64,000 nucleotides of DNA, taken from assembly GCA_964016885.1 (NCBI GenBank), contig OZ024747.1, positions 69,068,001 to 69,132,000 on the forward strand, given 5' to 3'. Below the pieces are notes generated by a model. The model made no database searches and was not told the origin of the DNA. It worked only from the letters and a program-made list of their open reading frames with translations. Below are positions 12,945 through 25,441 of the stretch, piece after piece. A program made the translations under genes and the position numbers. The stretch's first letter is position 1, and the number at the start of each line of letters is the position of its first letter. The stretch is from Eledone cirrhosa (Eukaryota).

Positions 12945-15044
12945 ATGGCTACCAAAAAAAAAAAATTTCATACGTCACTCCCACTCATTCCGTCTTCTTC
13001 TTCCTCAATCATCACTACAGGAGAGAGAAGATTGTCTCTCTCCCTCCCTTCTTTAAATGTGTCTCTCTCCCTACCTTCTCTTTCGCAAGCGACGAAAGAA
13101 AAGAAAAGTCTCGTGCAAAGCGTGCAAGGTTTCTCCACGACGACGACGACAGCGACGAAACAGGTGTGCGGGAAATACGAAAACCCAGTTCATTCGTCTG
13201 ACGTCAGGAATAATAGCAGTAGCAGCCGTAATAACAACAGCAACAGTGACAATGAAAACAACAGTAGCAGCCGCAACAGCATCACCAGCAGCATAAACAA
13301 CAACAGCATTAGCAGCAGCAACACCAACAACAACCACAGCAACAGCGGCGGAGGCAGTAGTCGTAGTACCTGCAGCAACAACAAAAGTACCAGCAGCTCT
13401 GACGACAACAACAACAGCAGAGAAAAACCAATCTCATTTGCAGGTATTGCGAAAAACCTGGAAACAATCCTCATAACAAATGAGGAATTAGAGGAAGCGA
13501 AGAAGATGGTGACAAAGAACGGACACCGAGCAATCTGCAAGGCAGCGAAAAATTTTTTCGAAACCCAAGAGCACTGTACGGTCACGTACCGTACAGTAAG
13601 TACAAAATCCCGTAGGGTGGAAAGAGCCACAGAGGCCCAAATACAAAAAGCCTTGGGGTCTGTGTGGCAGAGGAAAACGCACATCACCCGAGGCAAAAAA
13701 TACGCCACCGTAGACGTACTTTTTGCCACACCCCAGGAGGCAAAGGCCCAATCAATAGTGACCCTAAGGAGCGAGGAAATGGTGTTGGTGCCCTCCTACT
13801 GCGGGCAAAAAATTGTGAGGGTCAAACTGACCCACGTCCCCCCCGGAATGACCCCTTCTTGGCTGGCCGCGTCTGTCCTCGTCGGAATCGAGGACAAAAC
13901 AACTGTACTGCAAGTACAGAAAAAAGTAAGAGAAGATTGGGTCGGCTCCTCCATTGAGATGCTAATCCAAACCAACCAGGAGTGCATCGAAGCTATCCCG
14001 GATGTGATAGACTTCGATAACGGCACTCAACTGCCCATAAGTGTTGAGGGCAAACGCCCGAAATGCTTTCGCTGTGGATCGAAGACTCACCTCAGGGCCT
14101 TCTGCAACGAGAAGACCCTGAGAAAGGAGAAAACCCCCCTCCTCCCGAATCCGGTTCCACGGCTACCAGCAACAGGACAAGCGGCAACCAGGAACGATAG
14201 GTCCGTGGCACCCATACCCACTCCACGGAAATCAAAGACAGCAGCAGCAGTGGAAATATTAACAACAACAACAGCAATACCAAATGCAGCTGCAACAGAG
14301 ACTCCAGTGCAAACATCACCAACAACAACAAGTGAAAGAGTGGAGCTGGTACCCCTCCCCGACCTTACAGAATCAGACATGGAGTGTGAGGTGGGAGAGG
14401 GATGGCAAAAGGTCTCAAGAAGGCACAAACGCAGAAGCAGCGCATCGTCGCCTTTGAAAAGGGAGGAAAGAAATGAGAAAAGGGTAAAGTCTACTGCAAA
14501 GAGACCCACAGCAGCAACACCACCAACACCATCACCACCCACACCAGCACCACCATCACCACCGGCGACAACCCCACCGCCAACAACACCTTCAACACCA
14601 CCACCACAAGCACCAACATCGCAAACACAACAACAAAACACACACACCCAGCAACAACGACAAGAAAATAGCAGAACCACACCCCACCCCCAGAAAAACA
14701 AATGCACGGCAATAAACACACACAACAAGAAACTAATGACTTACATAATTGAACACACAGACATTTCACAACAGGACTACATAATACCAGCACCAATCAA
14801 AACGCCAACTAACATAAGACTGCTAAAAATAGCACAGAAACAATACACAAACATTAAAACGAAATTCCCCAACGCAGTTGGTGATTTCAGGGACCTAGGA
14901 GGAACCATTAATCGAAGAGTATATTCAGACATTCTCTTAGAAGAGCCGACGACCAGCCGAAGGGACGATTCAACGGTCCCTTCACCAGACGATCAAGTGA
15001 AAAGGGATGTAAAAACCATCCCTCCTCTACCAAAAATACGGTAA
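12945..15044 (+). CDS. LINE ORF1 protein (gag-like zinc knuckle, Ser/Asn and Pro/Thr low-complexity tracts)
   Basis: Long ORF with first ATG at 12945 and CX2CX4HX4C motif CFRCGSKTHLRAFC, directly upstream of ORF2. Confidence 0.85.
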   Translation: MATKKKKFHTSLPLIPSSSSSIITTGERRLSLSLPSLNVSLSLPSLSQATKEKKSLVQSVQGFSTTTTTATKQVCGKYENPVHSSDVRNNSSSSRNNNSNSDNENNSSSRNSITSSINNNSISSSNTNNNHSNSGGGSSRSTCSNNKSTSSSDDNNNSREKPISFAGIAKNLETILITNEELEEAKKMVTKNGHRAICKAAKNFFETQEHCTVTYRTVSTKSRRVERATEAQIQKALGSVWQRKTHITRGKKYATVDVLFATPQEAKAQSIVTLRSEEMVLVPSYCGQKIVRVKLTHVPPGMTPSWLAASVLVGIEDKTTVLQVQKKVREDWVGSSIEMLIQTNQECIEAIPDVIDFDNGTQLPISVEGKRPKCFRCGSKTHLRAFCNEKTLRKEKTPLLPNPVPRLPATGQAATRNDRSVAPIPTPRKSKTAAAVEILTTTTAIPNAAATETPVQTSPTTTSERVELVPLPDLTESDMECEVGEGWQKVSRRHKRRSSASSPLKREERNEKRVKSTAKRPTAATPPTPSPPTPAPPSPPATTPPPTTPSTPPPQAPTSQTQQQNTHTQQQRQENSRTTPHPQKNKCTAINTHNKKLMTYIIEHTDISQQDYIIPAPIKTPTNIRLLKIAQKQYTNIKTKFPNAVGDFRDLGGTINRRVYSDILLEEPTTSRRDDSTVPSPDDQVKRDVKTIPPLPKIR

Positions 15045-15079
15045 GTGGTCTTTCCCATCTTTTCCACTCTATTTTAAAC

Positions 15080-18000
15080 ATGACCTCACTCAGAATAGGC
15101 AGCATAAATGCGCGTGGCTTGGGGTCGTCATGGAAGCAGGGTCACCTGCTCAACGACCTCAGGTCACTAAACATAGATGTAGTGGCCATCAGCGAGACCA
15201 GAATCTCCGAAGCACGGGCCTTCGCACCGATCTTCGGCGGCTACGATGTGTACGCATCTCCCAGCCGTCCTGGATCGGGTGGAGGAGTTGCTGTGCTTTT
15301 TCGGAGAGGTTTGGATCTCGCCATACGGGCCATCTTCCTGGACCCAGAGGGTAAGCTGGTGGTGCTGGACGTGACCAGCGGAGACGGGCAAGCTTTCAGG
15401 CTAGTGGCCGTCTATGCCCCGACAGGAGCAGGGCGGCCTGATTTCTTCCGGCGTCTGGAGACCTTTCTTGGAACGTCGCGCTCTTTAGTGTTAGTGGGCG
15501 ACTGGAACGGGATCTTAGATGCACGCTGGGACTGTGTGGGATTAGCGGATAGGGGTGGAGGGTGCAAGAGCCTCACCAACCTGCTCAGGCGTTTTGAACT
15601 GTCTGACAGGTACCGATTGGATTTCCCGAATGTGCCAATGTGGACTTGGACAAACCGCATAGGGTCATCCAGATCATATCTAGATAGAGTATTTTGTAGG
15701 GAAATAGATAGGTCTAGCATAGGCTGTCCACAATTCAAGATAGTCAGCTACACGGACCACAAATTCGTGATCTGTGTGCTTGACTTAGATAGGCTTCATA
15801 GACGAGGACCCGGCTACTGGAAGCTAAACGCGTCCTTACCAGCGCGCAAGGCCTACAGAGACCGGATTAGCGAACTAGTTAAGCGGGCGTTGACGGGGGC
15901 CATCGTCAACAACAAGTGGTGGTTTGCTCTGAAAAGAGCGATTAGAATAGAATCGATTAGGTTTAGTAAGGCTTTAGCAATAGAGAAAAATAGAGCAGAG
16001 GGAGAACTAGTTAGAAAATTAGACGAGGCGCTTAGCAAAGGCATTGCGACCGACGTGCTTGCGGCGAAATTGGCCCTTGACCAATTCTTCAATGCAAAGC
16101 ACGAAGGCTGCGTTGTCAGAGCTAGGGTGCGTGCTCTCAGACACGAGGGGACGAAAGCCGTTCAATGGGCCCGAGTGGCGGAGGCGCGTCGTGGCAACAA
16201 AGCCACGATCCGGTCTTTGGTGGACCACGACGGGCGCATGCTACTCGATCCCGGGCAAATGTGTGAAGCTTTTCAGCGACACTTCGCTCAGCTGTTCGGG
16301 GGCAGCGGGGGGCCGGGTAGAGGGATGGACTTTAGTGTCTACCTCGACGGACTGCCGCGGCTCTCGGCCACTGAGGCGAAGTGTTGCGAAAAGCCGATAA
16401 CAGCCGCTGAAGTAAGGGAGGCAATGACTGGCTGCACAAGGGGTAAATCGCCTGGTTTGGATGGTCTGCCCTATGAACTTTACGTACAGATGCCAGACTT
16501 GTTCGGAGGCCTCTTGGCGGACGTCTACTGCAACTGGCAACAGAACGGGAGAATTCCCAGTTCTGTGAGCCGAGGAGCGGTGGCACTGCTGAGAAAGGAT
16601 CCGAACAAGGGGGATAACATAGACAATTTCCGGCCCATAACTCTGCTAAACACAGAGTTTAAGATTTTGGCCAAGGTGCTAGCAAAGAGGTTGGCGCTTG
16701 TCGTTGGTGGTCTGGTGGGAGAGGCGCAGACATGCGCCATTCCCGACAGATCCATCCACGACAACCTCCACCTCATGCGATACATCGTAGAGAGGGTAGC
16801 TAGGGAACCTGGCACGGGTGGGTCCTTGATCAATTTAGATCAGTCGAAAGCTTTCGATAGGGTCGACCATCGTTACCTAGCGGCAGTCCTGAGGGCGGCT
16901 GGCTTTGGGCCCGTCTTCAGAGGCTGGATCGCTGCCATGCACAGCGACATCTGCTCTGTGGTGAGAGTGAACGGTCACCTGTCGGAACCGTTCAACATCA
17001 TGCGCTCGGTCCGCCAAGGATGTCCCCTCTCGTCCCTCTTGTACGTATTGACTCTCGAGCCATTACTGCACAAACTGGAGACGTTGAGGGGAGTCCCGCG
17101 CGAACTAGGATGCGGAAGATCCGTGTCAGCATATGCGGACGATGTCACCGTAGTGGTGTCGAACGCCAAACACATCGAGGCGATCGGCACTACACTAAGA
17201 GAATACGAAGCGGTGACAGGAGCAATGATCAACCAGGAAAAGTCAGTGGGCCTGCAGCTCGGCACCTGGAGAGGCAGGTCCATGCCGTCCAACAGCGTCG
17301 TCGGGCGCTGGACGGACGGACCGGTTAAATTGCTAGGGGTCTGGTTCGGTCCGGACCTCCAGACGGACAAAAACTGGGACGAGGTGACGAGCAGGGTGGC
17401 TTCTCTCACCCAGAAATGGGCGGAGAGGAAGCTATCCCTGAAAGGTCGAGCGGAGGTGGCTAACGCGTACATCGCGTCTGTCATCTGCTACCGCCTAACC
17501 GTCGTACCTTGTCCTAAGCCTCGCCTGACTGCGCTGGAGCGTTTACTCTTTCGCTTTTTGTGGAAGGGACGTGCTCCGATGGTCAGGCGGTCCATCTGTT
17601 GTCAACACCCGCTACGTGGAGGGCTGGGCATGCCGTGGCTGATGATGCGCAGGCACGCGCTCAGGCTACGACATCTCCACCTCTTCCTCGACGGTGATCA
17701 GGTGTGGTCGCCGTTTGCTAGACGCGTTTTTCCCCAGCTCGTTTCCTTGACGGAGCTGCAGTCCTGGGTCAAGCGAAGACCGAGAGGGAGCGCCTGGAGA
17801 CTGGAATGTCTTCAGGCGCTCACAGCCCTCGACCAATCGGGCAATGTGATCGGTGGAAACTCCACCTCGGCGTTCTATAGAGGATTAGTGGAGGGGAAGA
17901 GCGACGACGTACTTGGGGAAACTCTAGGCGTCGACGAAAATCAACTAGCCAATCTCTTCGGAAGAACTTTCGGGCCAGGGCCTATGGACAACTTCCAGAA

Positions 18001-18499
18001 ATCTCTGGCCTGGCAGTGCTACCGAGGAGCCTTGCCAGTTCGGGATAAACTCTACAGGCATGGAGGTGCCGTCAGCCGGGCATGTCCGAGATGCGCGCAG
18101 GGCGACGAAACCGTCCTGCACGCACTCGTCCAGTGTCCGAAAATTGCTGACTTGTGGGTTTATGTCGAACACCTGCTGTCGCGTTTAGGACGGATCCAGC
18201 TATCATCTGAGTCTATCGTGAGGATTGCCCCGCCCTCCTCCTTTAGCCGGGAAGGGCAGGCAGTTTTTATCTGTCTGGTGGCCATGGCGAAAGAGATAGT
18301 ATGGTGGACACGTTTGAAAGGGCTGAAGACGAGCACTTACCTCTTCGGTGATGCTCTGATTGACTTTTTCAAATTTCATTTGAAAAGGAAAATCAGAGTA
18401 GAGAAGGAAGTGCTCTCTTCCCAGCATTTTGTTGAAAGATGGGTGAGAGAAGCAAGAATGGCCCGAGTGAATGGGCCGACTCTGAGTATATATCTGTAA
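15080..18499 (+). CDS. LINE ORF2: APE endonuclease + reverse transcriptase + C-terminal zinc finger (1139 aa)
   Basis: EN motifs NARGL, AISET, VYAP, GDWN, SYLDR, TDH. RT motifs KSPGLDG, FRPITLLN, KAFDRVDH, RQGCPLS, YADD. C-terminal CPRC..ETVLH....C. Confidence 0.96.
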   Translation: MTSLRIGSINARGLGSSWKQGHLLNDLRSLNIDVVAISETRISEARAFAPIFGGYDVYASPSRPGSGGGVAVLFRRGLDLAIRAIFLDPEGKLVVLDVTSGDGQAFRLVAVYAPTGAGRPDFFRRLETFLGTSRSLVLVGDWNGILDARWDCVGLADRGGGCKSLTNLLRRFELSDRYRLDFPNVPMWTWTNRIGSSRSYLDRVFCREIDRSSIGCPQFKIVSYTDHKFVICVLDLDRLHRRGPGYWKLNASLPARKAYRDRISELVKRALTGAIVNNKWWFALKRAIRIESIRFSKALAIEKNRAEGELVRKLDEALSKGIATDVLAAKLALDQFFNAKHEGCVVRARVRALRHEGTKAVQWARVAEARRGNKATIRSLVDHDGRMLLDPGQMCEAFQRHFAQLFGGSGGPGRGMDFSVYLDGLPRLSATEAKCCEKPITAAEVREAMTGCTRGKSPGLDGLPYELYVQMPDLFGGLLADVYCNWQQNGRIPSSVSRGAVALLRKDPNKGDNIDNFRPITLLNTEFKILAKVLAKRLALVVGGLVGEAQTCAIPDRSIHDNLHLMRYIVERVAREPGTGGSLINLDQSKAFDRVDHRYLAAVLRAAGFGPVFRGWIAAMHSDICSVVRVNGHLSEPFNIMRSVRQGCPLSSLLYVLTLEPLLHKLETLRGVPRELGCGRSVSAYADDVTVVVSNAKHIEAIGTTLREYEAVTGAMINQEKSVGLQLGTWRGRSMPSNSVVGRWTDGPVKLLGVWFGPDLQTDKNWDEVTSRVASLTQKWAERKLSLKGRAEVANAYIASVICYRLTVVPCPKPRLTALERLLFRFLWKGRAPMVRRSICCQHPLRGGLGMPWLMMRRHALRLRHLHLFLDGDQVWSPFARRVFPQLVSLTELQSWVKRRPRGSAWRLECLQALTALDQSGNVIGGNSTSAFYRGLVEGKSDDVLGETLGVDENQLANLFGRTFGPGPMDNFQKSLAWQCYRGALPVRDKLYRHGGAVSRACPRCAQGDETVLHALVQCPKIADLWVYVEHLLSRLGRIQLSSESIVRIAPPSSFSREGQAVFICLVAMAKEIVWWTRLKGLKTSTYLFGDALIDFFKFHLKRKIRVEKEVLSSQHFVERWVREARMARVNGPTLSIYL

Positions 18500-18759
18500 A
18501 CTAAAGGTGGAAAACTGGGAGAGGGCACTTGCCTTGGTGGTCAGGGTCATTGTGGCTTTTTACTGGGCTTTCTCCACAAATGTCCCTCCGAAGTCTCCCC
18601 CCTATTGGGGAATTTTTCATTGTTATTTTCATTGTTATTTTTGTTACATCCTCTGTTTTTGTTTTTTTACACGCAGAAATGCCCATTTGTACCGTCCTGC
18701 ATTGTCCTGCACTGTCCTTAATGTCTACTTTATGTAAACCCTTGTGGTTAATAAAGAAA

Positions 18760-18808
<49 letters not shown>

Positions 18809-20162
18809 CATCATTATCTTTGGTAAGTCTTTGTACCAAAGCCATTTGGTTCCACCAAAGCCATTTGGTTCCACCAAAGACGAATACAACGGAAGTAATC
18901 AGTTTTGGCTGAATGTAAACTGACCAATACAACATATTAATTCAGAATTCAAAATTGTTTCATATATTAGTCGCAGGTTAACCGGCGGCCATATTGATTA
19001 TTTTACGGAAATACAAAAATAATAAAACTTGAAAAGCAGAAAAAGACGTTATTTTGTTAAAATTTAGATTAGTTTTTCTCGCCAAGTATACACCAAAAAT
19101 TACCTTTATAGATAGAAAATGATTATACTTCAGAATAGTTATTAATTTCGTAACAGTGGCTGTTTACTCTATTATTACATGTTGCTGCAGTCATGTTGTG
19201 TATATTTGCTTTATCAATCTAAGCTGCACGTTGCCTTTTCTTTTTCTTATTTCTGATAACAACTTGTGGCTTAAAATTATTGATCTGTTTCTAATGGAGC
19301 TCAAAAGAAATTCTTCTCACGTGAGCTAACGAAAAAGATATATGTGTTCAATTAACTTGGCCAAGAAATAGCTGCCTCTTGGATGCATCACACTATCGTA
19401 AAAGGGTAAAAATACATCCATATTGTATTATGATGTAGTATTATAATATCATTCTGTAAGTCAGGCTACGCGTTCGTGTGTTTCGTTTGAAAGACTTTAA
19501 CCAATTTGTTTAACAATGAATTAAGTTCTGTTTAAATTAGATTAAGCAAGATTAATTATGGAATGAAATCGAAGACATAATCGAAAATATTTAAATGGAA
19601 TTACCATGCCTGTTCGAGATCAATTCTACAGATATGCAAGTGCTGTCAGATGGGCCTGTTTGAGATGCAGGCAGAGTGATGAAACTGTTATATATTCACT
19701 CATTCAATGTCTGTGTATTGCTGATTTGTCGAGTTATATTGTAAAACTGTTATTGTGTGTAGGACAGATCCTGCTATGGACTGAGTCCTTTAACAGAGAA
19801 GGGTGAGCAGCTTTTCGTTTTCTGGTGAAAAAGTCAGTATGGAAGACTGCAGAAAAAGTCAGTATGGAAGACATGACTGAAAAGCCTTAAGACAGAGACC
19901 CTCTTCGGTCAAACTCTTATCGACGATTTCAAGTTTCAATTGCGGGTAGAGAATGAGGTGCTCTCCTCCATTAACTTTATCAAAGCTGGGTGAAAGTAGC
20001 GAAAATAGTTAGAATGAAATATCTGTCAGCGTGTGCCAGTAGGTCGAACAACAGTTGGGAGAAAGTACTCGCCCTTGGTAGTCAAGATGATTGTGGACCT
20101 GTAGAGTTCCTCAGTTAACCTTAGCTATTCAGTTCTCTCTACAAGGAGTGAATGCTTTATAT

Positions 20163-20366
20163 CAGGCATGTCAAAACTGAGGGTCCTCCAAGGGCCACAT
20201 GGGTCACATATGTGTTGTCTGAGGGTCACATGGGTCACATATGTGTTGTCTGAGGACCACACATGAAAACTAATTGCGCACATTACAACTAATATATTTT
20301 TTTATTTTATATTACGCCCGCGCTGTAAAAACCTTTGTGCGGGCCGCATGTTTGACATGCGGCCTG
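20163..20366. mobile_element. hAT-like MITE
   Basis: Termini caggcatgtcaaa / tttgacatgc(gg)cctg, with an imperfect 8-bp TSD ctttatat/ccctatat. Confidence 0.65.
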
Positions 20367-21040
20367 CCCTATATAATTGTAAACTATGTCTACCTAACAT
20401 ATATACTATGTACATCTCTTGCGGCCTGCCCTATATAATTGTAAACTATGTCTACCTAACATATATACTATGTACATCTCTTGCGGCCTGCCCTATATAA
20501 TTGTAAACTATGTCTACCTAACATATATACTATGTACACCTCTTGCGGCCTGCCCTATATAATTGTAAACTATGTCTACCTAACATATATACTATGTACA
20601 TCTCTTGCGGCCTGCCCTATATAATTGTAAACTATGTCTACCTAACATATATACTATGTACATCTCTTGCGGCCTGCCCTATATAATTGTAAACTATGTC
20701 TACCTAACATATATACTATGTACACCTCTTGCGGCCTGCCCTATATAATTGTAAACTATGTCTACCTAACATATATACTATGTACACCTCTTGCGGCCTG
20801 CCCTATATAATTGTAAACTATGTCTACCTAACATATATACTATGTACACCTCTTGCGGCCTGCCCTATATAATTGTAAACTATGTCTACCTAACATATAT
20901 ACTATGTACATCTCTTGCGGCCTGCCCTATATAATTGTAAACTATGTCTACCTAACATATATACTATGTACACCTCTTGCGGCCTGCCCTATATAATTGT
21001 AAACTATGTCTACCTAACATATATACTATGTACACCTCTT
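20359..21040. repeat. 62-bp minisatellite, 11 copies
   Basis: Unit gcggcctgccctatataattgtaaactatgtctacctaacatatatactatgtaca(t/c)ctctt with one variable site. Confidence 0.97.
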
Positions 21041-21681
21041 ACCCGTTTTCTCATTTCTATGTAAAGCTCATTTTAATGTCCTAACTTATCTTTCTAATAT
21101 TTCCTCTATCCGATGTCCTTGTGGCAAATATAAGATATTATTCTTGTTACTGTTATTATTGCTAATATCGTTGTTATTGTTGTTATTGTTGTTAACGTTA
21201 TTAATGTTACTAATATTGTTGTTCCTATTGCTGTCGTTGTTGCCAGATTATCATCGTTAGATAGTTGGATAAAAATATTTGGTGCTATTTTACACGCCCC
21301 TTTATATTCTGAGTTCAAATCCCACCGAGGTCAACTTTCCCAAATTTCCTTCAGGGGTCATTTTAATCAACTTTCTCTGTTTGCCACATTGTTCATATTA
21401 TGCATAAAATACAAACATTTATTATTGTTGTTACTGTTGCTGTTGTTTTTATTGTTATTGTTTCGTTATTAACTTTATTGCTGTTACTTCTGTTGTTTTT
21501 GTAAACAGTATTGTTATCTTTCTAATTATTAGTGTTAATGACTATTGATTTTTATTGTTGTTATAATTAATGTTGTTATAGCTGTTGTAGAAGTAAATGT
21601 TGTTATTGATATAATTGTTGTTGTTGTTTTTCTTCTTTTTGTAGCTTGCATCGTTTCAAAATTCCTCAGCTGGTGTTATTA

Positions 21682-21988
<307 letters not shown>

Positions 21989-22675
21989 ATATATATATAT
22001 ATAAATGATTGAAGCTCTTCGTATTGTTGTTACTGTTTATGTTAATGTTGTTGTTGTTGCTGTTTTTGTTAATGTTATTAATGTTGTTGTTGTTGCTGTT
22101 CTTGTTTACTTAACTGTTGTTTTGTTATATTTACTGTTATTTTTTGTTGTTTTTATTGTTGTTACTGCTGATCTTGTTATCATTAATATTGTTGTTATTT
22201 TTGATATTTGTTAATGTTCTTTCCACGTTGCCTTTCAACATTTTGGGAGGGGCGATCGATAAAATATGTATTGTGTTCGATTCCAGCGATCATGCCTCCA
22301 TGCCTTTCACACATCTCTCACCTTGTGTCATTGTAACTGCAACCATTAAACATAGTTTTTCTAATATCCCTTGCTGTTTTCCCTACTACTATTGTGTTGC
22401 TGTTGTTGTTGTTGCTGTCGTTATAGTTGCTAGCTTTATTGTTGCTATTATTATTGTTAATGCTTGCTTCATTAATAATACTATTGTGTTGATGTTATTG
22501 TTGGTGTTGTTGTTGTTGCTGGATTCACAATTGGTATTATGTTATTGTTGTTAATGATGTGAACATGTGATAGAAAATACGTTACAAAATAAGTATATAT
22601 ATATATATATTAAACACACACATATGTATATAATACACATATACACACATACATATACATGTATGCAGGCACATA

Positions 22676-22751
<76 letters not shown>

Positions 22752-23485
22752 TACATATATATATGCTTATATGAATATCCATTTATATACCTACAAATAT
22801 GCACTCTTACAATTCAATCTGTAAGCATAACAAGAAAAACTATGCAAAAATATGCAAACCCTTTCTGAAATTTTAACAAGCAACCAATTTCCTATTCTTG
22901 TTATGCAAACTGCAAATAACTAGTACACATTACTATAGCATCATGCAGTTTATGTCCCGTTCCCCGTTGTTAGTGTAGCACAGCTGATAGTGATGGTATC
23001 AATGAAATGGGAGGTAAGAAGAATTGTGGAAGTTGTGGATCTCACCATAGAAATGAAACATATGATGGGTACAATGCAGAACATTGGAGCATTCAACCTG
23101 ACCTGGGACGGATAAGTAACAAAAGGATACCCTACCAGAATAATAAATATATATGTATGTGAATAATTATATGTTTTGGTATATGAATATATATATATGC
23201 TGTATAATATCATTCTTATAAAAAAAAACATCAATCGTACATCGGGCATTATAATACGTTCCATAACTTGTCATTGTTATCATTATTACCGACTTTCCCC
23301 TCCACCACAAATTGCTGGCCTTGTGCCTATACTAGAAATCATTATTATCACTATTATTATCACTATTATTATTATTATTGTTCTTTGAGTCTCAGTCATT
23401 GATGTTATTTAATTGGAAAGTTTGTTGAAATGAATATCAAGCCGCTACCTGCAGCCTCAGATATTCAGGACGCATCGGAGGGTTC

Positions 23486-23536
<51 letters not shown>

Positions 23537-23690
23537 TGTTATAGGATTAACGATTCACCTCTGTTGTTATTGTGGGATTAGTAGCATTAATGATATCATC
23601 AGATTACACTCTTAATGCAAGTGTTGTTGTTTCATATATGATATGATATATGATATGCTGTATACGAAAAGTTCATCTATAGAGTTGCTT

Positions 23691-23806
<116 letters not shown>

Positions 23807-24009
23807 GTGTGTAGCTGGATTAACCGCTGTTTCAGATTTGCTGCTAAGGTTTCTTTTAGTATATCGACATTTGCCGTCTAACAATAATTATTATATGATA
23901 GTGTCGCCGCGGATTAACTGTAGCTTTGCTATGACGGTGCGTACTATGTAACTGTTATCGCAAGATTAAAATGATAAGCCCTCATTATCATTATTATTAT
24001 TATTAATAA

Positions 24010-24640
24010 GGGTGGTGGATTAGCAGTATCGGTAGAGGGTCGGACGCCATGCTTTGACGCATAGAGTTACGGCCCTTGCCATTCTGAGTTGAGATCCCGC
24101 TGAGGTTAACTTTTCTTTTCATCCTTACGGGGTCGATAAAATAAAGTACCAGTAATGCACTGGGATAATTGCTGGCCTTGTGCCAAAAGTAGAAACAATT
24201 ATTATGGCAGTAAATTGGCAGTGCTGGAAGAATGGTGGATTAACAGAATCGGTTAGAGGTATTCCCCAAAATATCTTGCAATATATGTATAGCTCTTTAT
24301 GTATTGAGATCAAATCTCACCAATGTTAATTTTGCTTTTCAACCTTCCGAGATCGATAAAATATATGTATCAGTACACACTGGGATCAATTTAATCTACT
24401 ACCACCCATCCACCACATAATTGCTGGCCTTGTGCCTGAATTAGAACTAAATAAATTGGCAGTATCAGTAGAGGATCGGATGCCATGCTTTGTAGCATAG
24501 AGTTACGCCCCTTTACGGTCTGAGTTCAAATCCTGCCGAGGTTAAATTTACCTTTCATCCTTACGGGGTCGAGAAAATAAAGTACCAGTAATACACTGGG
24601 ATAATTGTTGGCCTTGTGCCAAATATAGAAACAATTATTA
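24010..24640 (+). mobile_element. Three head-to-tail tRNA-derived SINEs (Meta-domain-like core)
   Basis: A-box-like tggcagtatcggtag, B-box gagttcaaatcc and core gcctttcatcctt..ggggtcgataaaataaagtaccag. Confidence 0.85.
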
Positions 24641-25255
24641 CTTGTATATCTTTGACACTTCCATTGAAGTTTCTACTGCATTAGTAGGTGCAACTCTGTG
24701 CTCCTGAGGTATGTGCTGCATCATGCTTTTATTTTTATGGGGATTCTATGATATAGACTCGTCCTGTTAGTGGACTGTATCAGCCTTGTTTTATTATGGG
24801 GTTTAGCTTGTAATTTCTTGTGTTATTTTAGTATTTGTTCTGTCATGTTTGGTACGTGTAATGTGAGCTGTTTTATTTTATTGGCTATTAATCTTGTAAA
24901 GTATATGTTATGTGAGTTGTGTTATTTAATTTAATTAGGTGCTTTTTATGTAAGGTGTGTGTTGTGTATGGGGACTGCTCTTATATAAATTCATTATTCG
25001 AAAACAACCGCCCAGGTTTTCACACACTTAAAGCAGGGAGTCTGTGCACCAGAGATGGGGAGCAGAGTTTTAACAAAATCAAAGAACCAATCCTTTGTTT
25101 TCTTATCGTCTCACATGCATCTTACCAGCACAACCTGGCATTACAAATGAAATACCACCTTAATGCGCGAAATTGCACGCCAGCTAAGTGGCTGACCATC
25201 TACAGATGCAGTTTTTTTATGTAATAATTGTTCTGTGTAATTTTTCTGCTGATGC

Positions 25256-25330
<75 letters not shown>

Positions 25331-25405
25331 CTAACAAACAATACATGCTTTCCTTTCCTTTTTCCCTGGTATCTTTGTTACATTTGTCTCTTCTCTGAGT
25401 TTCTG

Positions 25406-25441
25406 TCTTCCGATGAAGAACCAGCGTCCGAAAGGTTAAGA
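25406..25441 (+). ncRNA. Degenerate hammerhead motif (a similar decayed motif lies at 30309-30346 -)
   Basis: tctt-CCGATGA-agaaccagcgtcc-GAAA-ggt-t/aaga, with a mutated core. Confidence 0.4.

Larger units (their letters stand above)
12732..18762 (+). mobile_element. Full-length L1/Tx1-clade non-LTR retrotransposon embedded in (ATT)n
   Basis: About 210-nt 5' UTR, two long open ORFs and a 3' UTR ending AATAAAGAAATC. (TTA)n lies at 12700-12731 and (ATT)n at 18763-18808. GC content is much higher than the flanks. Confidence 0.93.
19600..21145 (+). pseudogene. Old 5'-truncated 3' fragment of a related Tx1-like LINE, interrupted by a MITE and a minisatellite
   Basis: PVRDQFYRYASAVRWACLRCRQSDETV matches ORF2 PVRDKLYRHGGAVSRACPRCAQGDETV. 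The 3' end ccttgtggcaaatataagat-attatt resembles that of the intact copy. Confidence 0.8.

Noticed and set aside
13057-18550. Antisense and alternate-frame ORFs over the LINE (also over 38912-41435)
   Set aside because: Shadow ORFs of GC-rich coding sequence with no recognisable motifs.
20359-21040. CRISPR-like regular array (also 6570-7230 and 2272-2453)
   Set aside because: Units are contiguous with no unique spacers, no cas genes are present, and the context is eukaryotic.
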